A stretch of DNA of 64,000 nucleotides from Clostridioides phage LIBA6276. This document shows positions 7,300 through 17,136 of the stretch, piece after piece (the first letter of the stretch is position 1; every line of letters starts with the position of its first letter). The stretch is from sequence record MF547662.1; one strand, given 5' to 3'. The notes under the pieces are model-generated. The model was not told the origin of the DNA. It worked only from the letters and a program-made list of their open reading frames with translations, and did no database searches. Made by a program: the position numbers and the translations under genes.

Positions 7300-9228
7300 T
7301 TGATATTAGATAATTCACCAGCGGATAGCTGGATAAGAATTACTGGAGTAATTGTTACTTACAATAACACACTTTATCAAGTAGTAGATAAAGAGACAAA
7401 TAAAAAATATATATACTGGGATGCTGATAATCCAGGGACATTGAAAGTTTCTAATGTAAGATTACCAGAAGGAAATACACAATTTTTAGTAGTTGTAAAT
7501 GATAATGGAAAGCATACAGAAGTTCCTACAAACTCATCAATATTCAATATATCTTTTGATGGTAATTCAAGAAAAAATACTGAAGAACAAATCTGGGGAT
7601 TGTATGAAACAGATGAAAAACACAATGAAAAGTTTGTAGTTATTGAAAAAGATATTGATGGAATACATCAAACAGTTTTAGAGGTACAAGAAGATGCATC
7701 TCATATAAAAGAAAATATGTCTCTTATAGACCAGAGAGCTGAAAATGTAAATATATTAGTAAAAGAAGTAACTAAAAATTTTGGTGGTTCACAAGAAAAT
7801 ATAACATTAAGAGAAAACATAAATAAGGCTATAATTAAGTTAAATACAGACTTAGGAACATTTAGCTCTAATATGTCTAATTATTTTAACGATAATGAGA
7901 TTACAGATGAAGAAAAAGAAAAGATTGATATTGAACTTAATTTATTAGATACAGACAAAGCAAGTTTATATACAGAGCTACAAAAACTTATTGATAGAAC
8001 TACTGGAGTAGACTTAGTAGCAATAAACACTTCAAAAACAGCATTGGATGCAGCAAGTACCAATCTAAACTCTATAATTGATTCAGTTATTTCAGATAGT
8101 ATAATTACACCTTCAGACAGAATTTTAGCTATAAATGCAAATGCTCAATATAACTTAAAGATAAATGAACTTAAAAATACAGTGGATAGAATTTATATAA
8201 CAGGTATGGGTGGAAGTATATCAGAGGAATTTTCACAGATAAATGCTACAGCTAAAGAAATAAAATTAGAAGTAGCAAAAGTTGATGGTGCAACTAAAAC
8301 AAATGCTGCTGAAATTAAATTAACTAAAGACGATATAACAATGATGGTTACAAGGAATAATTCTGGCTCAATTGTAGGAATTAAACCTGATAAAATTGAA
8401 TTTGGATTCAATGATATATCAAATTATGTAGAGATAAGCAGGAGTGGTCTAACAGTAAATCAAGGAGCTATAGCATGTGATATATTAACTACTCCATCTG
8501 GTCATGAACCAATAATCAGATTATTTGGAAGTAGTAGGTCTGGATTTGCAATAGATGCAAGAAGGTCTGATGGTTCTAGTCAAGCCTCAGCAATAAGATT
8601 AAAATATGATAGCAATAATTATTTTTGGGTAGGATATGATACTGCTGAGATTTATGTTGATGGAGAAGAACACTTTATTGTTGAAAGAGATGATACTTTT
8701 GTAAGATGTGGAGGAGCTACATTTACATTTACAAATGGAGATAGTTTAGGTATAGGATATTCATTTTATCCAGAGCGTTCATCAACTGATTTAGGTTGTG
8801 ATGATTATAAATGGAGGTATTTATATTCACGTTCTACTCTAAGTGAATCTGACAAAAAGTTTAAAGAGAATATAGTATACATAAAAGATATTAAGAATAG
8901 AACTCGTTCAAGTATAACGCCAACACCATTTTTAGATTTTATAAAAGATGAATTTAAACCAGCAACATTTGATTATATTGTATCAGCAGAAAAAGATAGA
9001 ACAATTGCAGACAGTCAAATAGGGTTTATAGCTAATGATTTTAAAGATAGTTATGTTGGAAAAACATTTCTATATGATTATGGAGAAGAAAATGGATTAA
9101 TGTTTAGCCCATCTGGTTATACAACTGTTGTAGCAACTGCACTTCAAGAGGAAATACAAAAAAGAGAAGAATTGGAAATGATAGTTAGTGAATTAAATGA
9201 GAAAATTAATAATTTAGGAGGATATTAA
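7300..9228 (+). CDS. tail-associated (Tal-like / endopeptidase-tail-like) minor structural protein
   Basis: 642-aa ORF with TTG start coupled to the upstream stop (AAAAGGAG RBS); position in the tail module. Confidence 0.4.
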   Translation: MILDNSPADSWIRITGVIVTYNNTLYQVVDKETNKKYIYWDADNPGTLKVSNVRLPEGNTQFLVVVNDNGKHTEVPTNSSIFNISFDGNSRKNTEEQIWGLYETDEKHNEKFVVIEKDIDGIHQTVLEVQEDASHIKENMSLIDQRAENVNILVKEVTKNFGGSQENITLRENINKAIIKLNTDLGTFSSNMSNYFNDNEITDEEKEKIDIELNLLDTDKASLYTELQKLIDRTTGVDLVAINTSKTALDAASTNLNSIIDSVISDSIITPSDRILAINANAQYNLKINELKNTVDRIYITGMGGSISEEFSQINATAKEIKLEVAKVDGATKTNAAEIKLTKDDITMMVTRNNSGSIVGIKPDKIEFGFNDISNYVEISRSGLTVNQGAIACDILTTPSGHEPIIRLFGSSRSGFAIDARRSDGSSQASAIRLKYDSNNYFWVGYDTAEIYVDGEEHFIVERDDTFVRCGGATFTFTNGDSLGIGYSFYPERSSTDLGCDDYKWRYLYSRSTLSESDKKFKENIVYIKDIKNRTRSSITPTPFLDFIKDEFKPATFDYIVSAEKDRTIADSQIGFIANDFKDSYVGKTFLYDYGEENGLMFSPSGYTTVVATALQEEIQKREELEMIVSELNEKINNLGGY

Positions 9229-9229
9229 T

Positions 9230-9385
9230 ATGGAAGTAAATTTACAAAAAGCATATACAGTAGCATTTGAAGAGATAAAAAGTTTATATAATGAACTAAT
9301 ACTTTATAAAGCACTTAACATGCAACAACAAGAAGAAATTGAGAACTTGAAAAAAGAACTAGAAGAACAAAATAAAGAACAATAG
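9230..9385 (+). CDS. small coiled-coil protein, 51 aa (MEVNLQKAYTVAFEEIKSLYNELILYKALNMQQQEEIENLKKELEEQNKEQ)
   Basis: AGGAGGA RBS 8 nt upstream; below the ORF-track cutoff. Confidence 0.4.
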   Translation: MEVNLQKAYTVAFEEIKSLYNELILYKALNMQQQEEIENLKKELEEQNKEQ

Positions 9386-9396
9386 GATGTGATACT

Positions 9397-11472
9397 TTGA
9401 AAAATTATGAAATAAAGAATCATACCATAGAAGTAGATTTTAGTAATTATAGAATAAATAAAAGGTTACTAGACTATTTTATTTATAATGAAAATGATGT
9501 TAAAACAGCTTATATTGAAGCAATATTGAAAAATAAAGATGAAATAATAGATTTATCTGAATATGATAGAGTTTTAGTTAGCATTACAAAAAGTGATGGA
9601 CAAAAGGTTAATGGTGAATGTGAAGTTGTAGATGCAGAAAATGGTGTTGTAGAGATAGAACTTAGTCGACAAGCACTTGCAAGTGTTGGTATAAATACAT
9701 TTCAACTATCCCTTGTGAAAGAGGGAACTCTACTTAATACTACAAATCTTTATTATAGAGTTGAAGAGGGTATGATTAATGATGATGATATCACCTCAAC
9801 TGATGAATATGGAGTATTATTGGTAATAATAGCCCAAGCAGAAGAGATTATAAAAAACAATAAAGAGTTAACTAAAAGAGTTGAACAACTTGAAATAACT
9901 ATCTTAGGAAATGAAGAAGTTAGGGATAAAGCAGAGCAGATTAGGATTTATAATGAAGATATAAGAAACATACAAGAAGAAGAAAGAGAGTTTAATGAGT
10001 TAACACGTCAAAACCAAGAAGCAAATCGTGAAGAATCCATTCAGAATATGCAAATCCAAGTTGATGATAAACTTACTGATTGTCAACTCCAATTAGATGA
10101 AATGATAGATGCCAAGTCTGAAGAAATAGACAATATTGTTGATGATAAAATGCTTGATGTCCAAGCTCAAACAGATAAGAAATTTCAGGACTTAGATACT
10201 AGAGCTAATAATATTTTTGATTTATATGATAAGACATTTGAAGATAAGCTTACAGACAACCAAGAACAAATTGATTATAAACTTGATGAAGTAAATCAGG
10301 CTATATCTAATGTAGAAGATTGTATTGATAAAAGTACTACAAAATTAGATACAAAGATAAAAGAAATAGATGACAAAATAGTTGAAGTAAATACTGCTAA
10401 GACAGATATGACAACAACTGTATCTAACAAAATAACTGAATTTGAAAATAGATTTAGTGAATTAGAAAGTCTTGATGCTAGAGGCGAGTTAATACAAGCT
10501 AGAGAAACTATTGATGGAAATGTAAAGGACACTTTAAAGGATAGATTAACATATGATTTTGAGAAAGTTAATGAGAAAATTGCTGAGATGACTTCTGCTG
10601 CAACTAATGTAGCTTTTAGTAAATCTTATGTTGAATCGGATTGGGTTGCTGATGGAGAATATTTTAAACTTATAGTTAATCATAATTTAGTTACAGAAAA
10701 TATATTTGTAGCAATATTAGATGAAGCAACTAAGAAAAGTATGACTAATTCTTATACTATAGTAGATTCTAATACGATAGAAATATTTAATGAAAGTAAC
10801 ATAAATGTAAGAGTAACTGTTGTAAATGGTAATACAAACAAAGAAGTTATACAAGCTACAATAAATGATAACATAACAACACTAGATAGTACTTATTCTA
10901 GTGTTAAAATTGATGCAAAAATTGATGAGAGTCTAATTAAGATAAATGAAAATAAAAGTAATATAGCTACTAACTTAGAGAAGATAAATCTAATACAAAA
11001 TAAAGTTGGTTCAAGTGAATTAAGTACAATATCTAAAAATATATCAGATGCAGTAAATGAATTAGATGCTAGTGTAAAAATTCTTGAGGCTGGTGGAAAC
11101 TTAGGTCAACAATTAGACAGTTTAAAAGCCAAGTATGACGCACTTTCTAATAAAGTCTTAGATATAGCAGTTTATTTGGAATTGGAATCTGGCTTACTTC
11201 CAGATGAAGTAGGACACTGGTTTGATGGTTTGTCTGATGATAAAGCGATATTATCTATTGATGGAGATTTAAAACTAGATACAGAAAATAGGAAAATACA
11301 AGGTGCTACTGGTAGTGTTACATTCAATAGAATAACAATTCCTTTTGAATGTAAAAAATTAAGATATATACATGAACTAAATGATAATTATATAGAAACT
11401 GTATCTGATAAGAATATATCTATTGGTACAACTATAATAGATTTAGACAAATATTCTTACGAAATTAAATAA
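9397..11472 (+). CDS. coiled-coil tail fibre / baseplate-associated protein
   Basis: 691 aa with a long heptad-rich central segment and TTG start; structural-module position. Confidence 0.4.
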   Translation: MKNYEIKNHTIEVDFSNYRINKRLLDYFIYNENDVKTAYIEAILKNKDEIIDLSEYDRVLVSITKSDGQKVNGECEVVDAENGVVEIELSRQALASVGINTFQLSLVKEGTLLNTTNLYYRVEEGMINDDDITSTDEYGVLLVIIAQAEEIIKNNKELTKRVEQLEITILGNEEVRDKAEQIRIYNEDIRNIQEEEREFNELTRQNQEANREESIQNMQIQVDDKLTDCQLQLDEMIDAKSEEIDNIVDDKMLDVQAQTDKKFQDLDTRANNIFDLYDKTFEDKLTDNQEQIDYKLDEVNQAISNVEDCIDKSTTKLDTKIKEIDDKIVEVNTAKTDMTTTVSNKITEFENRFSELESLDARGELIQARETIDGNVKDTLKDRLTYDFEKVNEKIAEMTSAATNVAFSKSYVESDWVADGEYFKLIVNHNLVTENIFVAILDEATKKSMTNSYTIVDSNTIEIFNESNINVRVTVVNGNTNKEVIQATINDNITTLDSTYSSVKIDAKIDESLIKINENKSNIATNLEKINLIQNKVGSSELSTISKNISDAVNELDASVKILEAGGNLGQQLDSLKAKYDALSNKVLDIAVYLELESGLLPDEVGHWFDGLSDDKAILSIDGDLKLDTENRKIQGATGSVTFNRITIPFECKKLRYIHELNDNYIETVSDKNISIGTTIIDLDKYSYEIK

Positions 11473-11488
11473 ATAGAGGTGGAAAAAC

Positions 11489-14400
11489 TTGAAAGAAAAT
11501 AAATTAATACAGCGTGGAAGATATTTTGATACTATTTATGAGATTGAGGATTTTGAACCAGAATTTGATAAATATGATTTTGTTAAAATGTTTACTTCAA
11601 AATATATAGACTGTACATATGGTTTGAAATCTGATGAAACATTGTGGGTAACAGGAAATAATCAAGTGGTTGGAAAATATAGTCCAAGAAATAATAACAT
11701 TTCACGTAGAGTAGATACATTTACAAAAATTGATGGGGTATCCAATATAAAAGATATTGCAATAGGAAGTGAGCATACTGTAATTTTAAAAAAAGATGGA
11801 ACTTTATTAGGTGTTGGTCAAAATTCAAATGGAGCATTAGGGCTTGGGGGAGATATTACAGTAGCAACAACTTTTACTAAACTACCTATAGAAGATGTTG
11901 TGAAAGTTGTTGTTGGAAGTGGACTTACTATAGCATTAAAATCTAATGGAGAGTTGTATTTTACTGGTTATAATGGTAGTCAACAATTTGATAACTTAGA
12001 GAATACAAATACTTTTATTAAATTATCAATAACAGATGTAAAGGATATAGATTGTGGTGATGGTTTTACTTTTATATTAAAAACTAATGGGGAATTATAT
12101 TCATGTGGTAGTAATTCATATGGACAATTAGGACTAGGAGACAATACTAATAGAAATACTTTTACTAAAGTTAATATAGATAATGTAAAAGAAATATCTT
12201 GTGGTAGATACAATTCATTTATAATAAAAAATGATGATTCTTTATATGGATGTGGATACAATACAGAAGGTCAATTAGGATTAGGTGATATTACCAATAG
12301 AAATGTATTTACCAACATGGCTCTTAATGTAAAAAAAGTTGTATATGGAATAAATTCTACTATAATTCTAAAAAATGATGATTCTTTATATGGATGTGGA
12401 CGAAATACATATGGACAATTAGGTTTGAGAAATGTTCCTAATCCTAAAACATTCATTAAAATTGGTATAAATAATATAAAGGACATATATTGCGGAAATA
12501 ATCATACGATTATGATAAGAAATGATAATAAACTTTTATTCTGTGGAACTAATAGAGAATCACAAATAGGCAATCCAAATAATATAAATTATCCTGTAGA
12601 CGTATTTACAGAATATAAAAGTGCTGAGGTGTTGGGATATAATAAATCTGTTACCATGAACAATAAAAACTATCTTATAAAAGAAAATGGGGATTATATT
12701 TGTTATGGAAACATAAAAAAAATTGTATCTGTTGAAGGTTCGACTTATGCATTACTAGAAAATGGTGAACTATGGGTATCTGGGAATAATACAGATGGAC
12801 AATTAGGATTAAATCATAAAGTAACTCAAAATTATTTTACTAGAGTTCCAATAGATAATATAAGAGATGTTGTTTGTGGTGCTTACTATGCTTTTATAAT
12901 AAAAAACGATGATACTGTATGGGTGACTGGACTTAATAATTCTGGGCAATTAGGAACTGGCAATACTTCTCAACTACAAAAATTTACAAAAATCTCCATA
13001 GATAATGTAAAAAAAATTGCATGTGGTCGTTCTCATGTTTTAATATTAAAAAATGATAATAGTATATGGGGTGCAGGAGCAGGTTATTATTTAGGAATAG
13101 GTACTACTAGTAGTACAGGTATAACATCCTTTACAAAAGTTCCTATAGATGATGTAAGAGATATAGCATGTGGATATGAATGCTCTATAATATTAAAAAA
13201 TGATAATAGTATATGGGGTGCAGGAGCAAATCATAGTGGTCAATTAGGGAAAACCTCAAATAATAGTGTGGAAAAATATTTTATAGAATTATCTATAAAT
13301 AAAGCAGTAAAGGTGAAAGAAATATATTGTGGGATTTATCATACATTAATATTGAAAACTAATGGAGAATTATATGGATGTGGTAGTAATACACAAGGAC
13401 AATTAGGAAGAAGGATTTCTACAGACAAATTAGAACAATTTACTTTAATAGAAACTGATACCACTCATATATGTAACAATCATTGCGAATCATATAATAC
13501 ACTTATAATAGATTCTATCGGAAGGTTAAAAGCTACTGGTCAAAATAATTATAATCAATTAGGTTTAGAAAATAATAAAACTACACTAATAGAAAGTTTT
13601 ACTCCTACAAATATTGTAATCGGACAAGGTAATAATAGATATATTGCTGGTGGTAGTGATTGTACATTTTTAGTAAAAACTGATGGTAAAGTGTATGGTA
13701 TAGGAAATAGACTTAATGGAAGGTTTGGTACAGGTTCAGATAGTGTAGCAGCATCTACATTTACAAGAATTGGTTTTGAATTTAATAGTACAGAAATAGA
13801 CTATAATAATGATTTTAGGATAGCAACTACTAATGTAAATGATTATATGAGTGTCTTTTTAAAAAAAAGTAATGGAGAATTATATGGTGTGGGGAATAAC
13901 ACATATGGTCAATTAGGTATCGGAAACAATTCTACATGTCATTACTTTTATCCAATAAATATAAAAAATATAAAAGATGTGATATGTGGATTAAATTATA
14001 CCTTAATATTAAAAAAAGATGGAGAGTTATTAGTTACAGGTAATACTTCAAGTCAAAAAGCATTAGACACCAAAACCTTGTTAACTAGTGAACCGTATAG
14101 ATTTAATCAAGTGAGTACTATAAGTAATGTAGAAAAGGTTGTATGTGGTTCACTAATTGTTTTTGCGTTACTTGGTGATGGAAGATTATATAGTACAGGA
14201 ACTAATACATATGGTCAATTAGGATTAGGTGATATTGCCAATAGAGATAGTTTTGCAAGGGTCAATATAAATAATGTAAAAGAAATTGCGTGTGGGATAA
14301 GTCATACATTAATATTAACAAGTAATGGAGAATTATATGCCACAGGGAGAAATGATGAAGGTCAATTAGGACTAGGAGACAATACTAATAGAAATACTTT

Positions 14401-16372
14401 TACTAAAGTTAATATAAATAATGTAAGAAAAGTAATATGTGGTGCTTATTACACATTGGTGTTAACAAATGATGGAGAATTATATGCTACTGGAAGAAAT
14501 AAAGAGGGGCAGTTGGGACTAGGTGATATTGTTAATAGAGATACTTTTACTAAAGTTAATATAGATAATGTGAAGGAAATATCCTGTGGTCTTGACCATA
14601 CATTAGTATTGAAAAATAATGGAGAATTATATGGATGTGGGAGTAATGGACAGGGGCAATTAGGATTAGGAGATAACACTGGCAGAAATACTTTTACTAA
14701 GATTAATATAGATAATGTTAAAGGTATTAATGCAGGTGGTCGTTCATCTTATATTTATAAAAACGATGGAAGTGTTTTTTCTACTGGACAAAATACATAT
14801 GGATTATTAGGATTGGGTGATGTTACTAACAGAAATATTTTTACTAAGGTTAATATTAAAATTTTTGACTTTGAAAAAATAACAGATTGTATAGTCAATA
14901 ATAATTTTAATTTAGTAAATAATAAATTTTTAATACCTACAAAAGATACTAAATATCAACATTATGTAACTTCGTCTGATGATTTTAATTACAACGAAAT
15001 ACTAGGCTCTCAATATCCTGTTTCACCTTATGCTAATGAAGTATTAGAATTGCCTTTCAATAATATAAAAGAATTTTGGATGTCTAAAACACATTCTTTA
15101 ATTGTTAATACTGATGGAGAATTATATGGATGTGGTAAAAATACTTATGGACAATTATTAAATCCATTAACAACAACTTCTTTGCTAGAGTTTACTAAGT
15201 TAAACTTTGATAATATTAAACAAGCTTCATGTGGAAATGGATTTTCATATTTTGTTAGAAATGATGGAGCTTTATTTTCTTGTGGTTTAAATTCAAATGG
15301 TCAATTAGGACTGGGTCATAATAATGATGTTTCTGAACCTCAACTGATTACAACAATATCTAATGTAAAAAAAGTAATGTGTGATAATAATTTTACATTA
15401 GCTTTATTAAATAACAATGAATTGTATGCACAAGGATACAATAGATTTGGTAACTTTGGTTTAGGTGAAGAGAAAAAAGATACTATAATACCTTTATTCA
15501 CTAAAATTGCTACAAATGTGGAAGATGTAGAAATAGGCACTAATTATATTTTACTTAGAAAAACAGATAATACAGTTTATATTAGTGGTAGAATAAGAGA
15601 TTGTTATAATATAGAAGAAAACAATATATATGTTTTTAATGAAATTAAAACACCTTCTAGTATATACAAAGAAAATTTAGTATGGGTTAATCCTGTAAAT
15701 GATGAAACTGTATCTTTAATTTATAAAGTAAATTCAGTTAATTCAACTATTGAAATTATTGAAAAAACAATCTCTGGAATAAAGTTAAAAATAAATGATG
15801 ATGGTAATGAAATTATAAAAATAGAAATGTATATAAATAATGAGTTGATTACTACTATGACAGAATTTACAAATAAATATTCTCAATTTACCATACCATT
15901 AGATAAATTAGTTCTTGGGAGAAATAATATTGTATTTAAAGGATATGATAATTTTAAAGGAAATATATATACTTCTTTGACAATAAATAAAGAAAATAAT
16001 TCTATATATGTATCTGAAAATTCAAGTTTATTAATTAATGGAAAAAGATATACTGTTCAATCTGTTTCAGAATCTGAGGGTAAGGTCACAGTAAATTTAG
16101 ATAGAGGTTTAGAAGGAAATGTTAATGTGGGTGATATAATATATCAATTAATCAATAGGTTAAATGTTCAAATAAAAACTAATAACACTGGTATGCATAA
16201 AGATGCTAAATTGCTAGAAATGAAAAAAGTTGACACAGGTTATCAAGAAATATATGAGTTTAAAGAAAATGGAATTAAAGAAGTAGAACCTAAAATTATT
16301 GTAAATGGAAATGAAGATACAGCAATAAAAAGACCATCTATGATATTTTCTATAGATGAGACTACACTTTAG
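11489..16372 (+). CDS. tail fibre / receptor-binding candidate with ~21 RCC1 (regulator of chromosome condensation) beta-propeller repeats
   Basis: recurring Y/N-G-x-N-x-x-GQLGLGD ... F-T-K-V ... CG units; non-repeat C-terminal ~350 aa. Confidence 0.65.
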   Translation: MKENKLIQRGRYFDTIYEIEDFEPEFDKYDFVKMFTSKYIDCTYGLKSDETLWVTGNNQVVGKYSPRNNNISRRVDTFTKIDGVSNIKDIAIGSEHTVILKKDGTLLGVGQNSNGALGLGGDITVATTFTKLPIEDVVKVVVGSGLTIALKSNGELYFTGYNGSQQFDNLENTNTFIKLSITDVKDIDCGDGFTFILKTNGELYSCGSNSYGQLGLGDNTNRNTFTKVNIDNVKEISCGRYNSFIIKNDDSLYGCGYNTEGQLGLGDITNRNVFTNMALNVKKVVYGINSTIILKNDDSLYGCGRNTYGQLGLRNVPNPKTFIKIGINNIKDIYCGNNHTIMIRNDNKLLFCGTNRESQIGNPNNINYPVDVFTEYKSAEVLGYNKSVTMNNKNYLIKENGDYICYGNIKKIVSVEGSTYALLENGELWVSGNNTDGQLGLNHKVTQNYFTRVPIDNIRDVVCGAYYAFIIKNDDTVWVTGLNNSGQLGTGNTSQLQKFTKISIDNVKKIACGRSHVLILKNDNSIWGAGAGYYLGIGTTSSTGITSFTKVPIDDVRDIACGYECSIILKNDNSIWGAGANHSGQLGKTSNNSVEKYFIELSINKAVKVKEIYCGIYHTLILKTNGELYGCGSNTQGQLGRRISTDKLEQFTLIETDTTHICNNHCESYNTLIIDSIGRLKATGQNNYNQLGLENNKTTLIESFTPTNIVIGQGNNRYIAGGSDCTFLVKTDGKVYGIGNRLNGRFGTGSDSVAASTFTRIGFEFNSTEIDYNNDFRIATTNVNDYMSVFLKKSNGELYGVGNNTYGQLGIGNNSTCHYFYPINIKNIKDVICGLNYTLILKKDGELLVTGNTSSQKALDTKTLLTSEPYRFNQVSTISNVEKVVCGSLIVFALLGDGRLYSTGTNTYGQLGLGDIANRDSFARVNINNVKEIACGISHTLILTSNGELYATGRNDEGQLGLGDNTNRNTFTKVNINNVRKVICGAYYTLVLTNDGELYATGRNKEGQLGLGDIVNRDTFTKVNIDNVKEISCGLDHTLVLKNNGELYGCGSNGQGQLGLGDNTGRNTFTKINIDNVKGINAGGRSSYIYKNDGSVFSTGQNTYGLLGLGDVTNRNIFTKVNIKIFDFEKITDCIVNNNFNLVNNKFLIPTKDTKYQHYVTSSDDFNYNEILGSQYPVSPYANEVLELPFNNIKEFWMSKTHSLIVNTDGELYGCGKNTYGQLLNPLTTTSLLEFTKLNFDNIKQASCGNGFSYFVRNDGALFSCGLNSNGQLGLGHNNDVSEPQLITTISNVKKVMCDNNFTLALLNNNELYAQGYNRFGNFGLGEEKKDTIIPLFTKIATNVEDVEIGTNYILLRKTDNTVYISGRIRDCYNIEENNIYVFNEIKTPSSIYKENLVWVNPVNDETVSLIYKVNSVNSTIEIIEKTISGIKLKINDDGNEIIKIEMYINNELITTMTEFTNKYSQFTIPLDKLVLGRNNIVFKGYDNFKGNIYTSLTINKENNSIYVSENSSLLINGKRYTVQSVSESEGKVTVNLDRGLEGNVNVGDIIYQLINRLNVQIKTNNTGMHKDAKLLEMKKVDTGYQEIYEFKENGIKEVEPKIIVNGNEDTAIKRPSMIFSIDETTL

Positions 16373-16385
16373 AAGGGATTAAATT

Positions 16386-16712
16386 ATGAACGTAAATATA
16401 AATGAAGAAAAAATTGAAAAGCTTAAGCAGAAAAAGAAAATAAGTAATTTAAATATAAGTCAAAAAACGCAAGATAATGACATTACAGATTTAATGTTAG
16501 CAACTGCTGAAATATGTGAAATGGTATTAAGTAGTCAACAGACATCTACTATGTCATTAAGAAATATAAAATTAAATGAAGGAGGAAGTAGTATGGCAGC
16601 AATTTATGTGGGATTGATAGAGAGAGGTTTAAAAACAATTGACCAAGTACCTGTAAAATACAGAGAAGAAGTAAGAAAAATGTGTGAAGCATTAGAGATT
16701 TCATTATCATAG
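16386..16712 (+). CDS. hypothetical phage protein, possibly XkdX-like
   Basis: C-terminal AAIYVGLIERGLKTIDQVPVKYREEV resembles the XkdX motif (weak). Confidence 0.3.
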   Translation: MNVNINEEKIEKLKQKKKISNLNISQKTQDNDITDLMLATAEICEMVLSSQQTSTMSLRNIKLNEGGSSMAAIYVGLIERGLKTIDQVPVKYREEVRKMCEALEISLS

Positions 16713-16790
16713 AATTGTAAGAGTTCTTTTTTTATGTTCAAAATAGAGAGTTACTAATGTAGCTCTCTAACTTAAAAAGAAGGTGATAAA

Positions 16791-17120
16791 TTGTTAAATG
16801 AAGAGGTAGTAAAAAAATTAAAGAATGTACCTAGCGACACTAATAATGCAATAGAAACTGCTAAAACAGAGATTAACAACAAAATAGGTGATACAACACA
16901 ACTTACTACAACAGATAAAACAAATATAGTTAGTGCATTAAATGAGGTAAAAACTAGCGTAGATAGCATAGAAACAACAGCAGAGAAAACAAGTTATAAT
17001 AATGCAACAAGTAATCTTACTGCTACAAATGTTCAAGGGGCGATTGATGAAGTTGTTAGAAAAATAGAAAATTTTAATGAGGTTAATATATCTATACAAA
17101 ATGATATGTTACCTATTTAA
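16791..17120 (+). CDS. hypothetical phage structural protein
   Basis: TTG start after AAGAAGGTGATAAA; T/S/N-rich. Confidence 0.3.
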   Translation: MLNEEVVKKLKNVPSDTNNAIETAKTEINNKIGDTTQLTTTDKTNIVSALNEVKTSVDSIETTAEKTSYNNATSNLTATNVQGAIDEVVRKIENFNEVNISIQNDMLPI

Positions 17121-17136
17121 GATAGGAGAGTGAAAA

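Noticed and set aside
11980-15540. Minus-strand ORFs 11980-12261, 12271-12486, 14449-14679, 15340-15540 inside the RCC1 gene
   Set aside because: Antisense reading of the repeated GQLGLGD units (giving PNCPY… peptides); repeat artefacts
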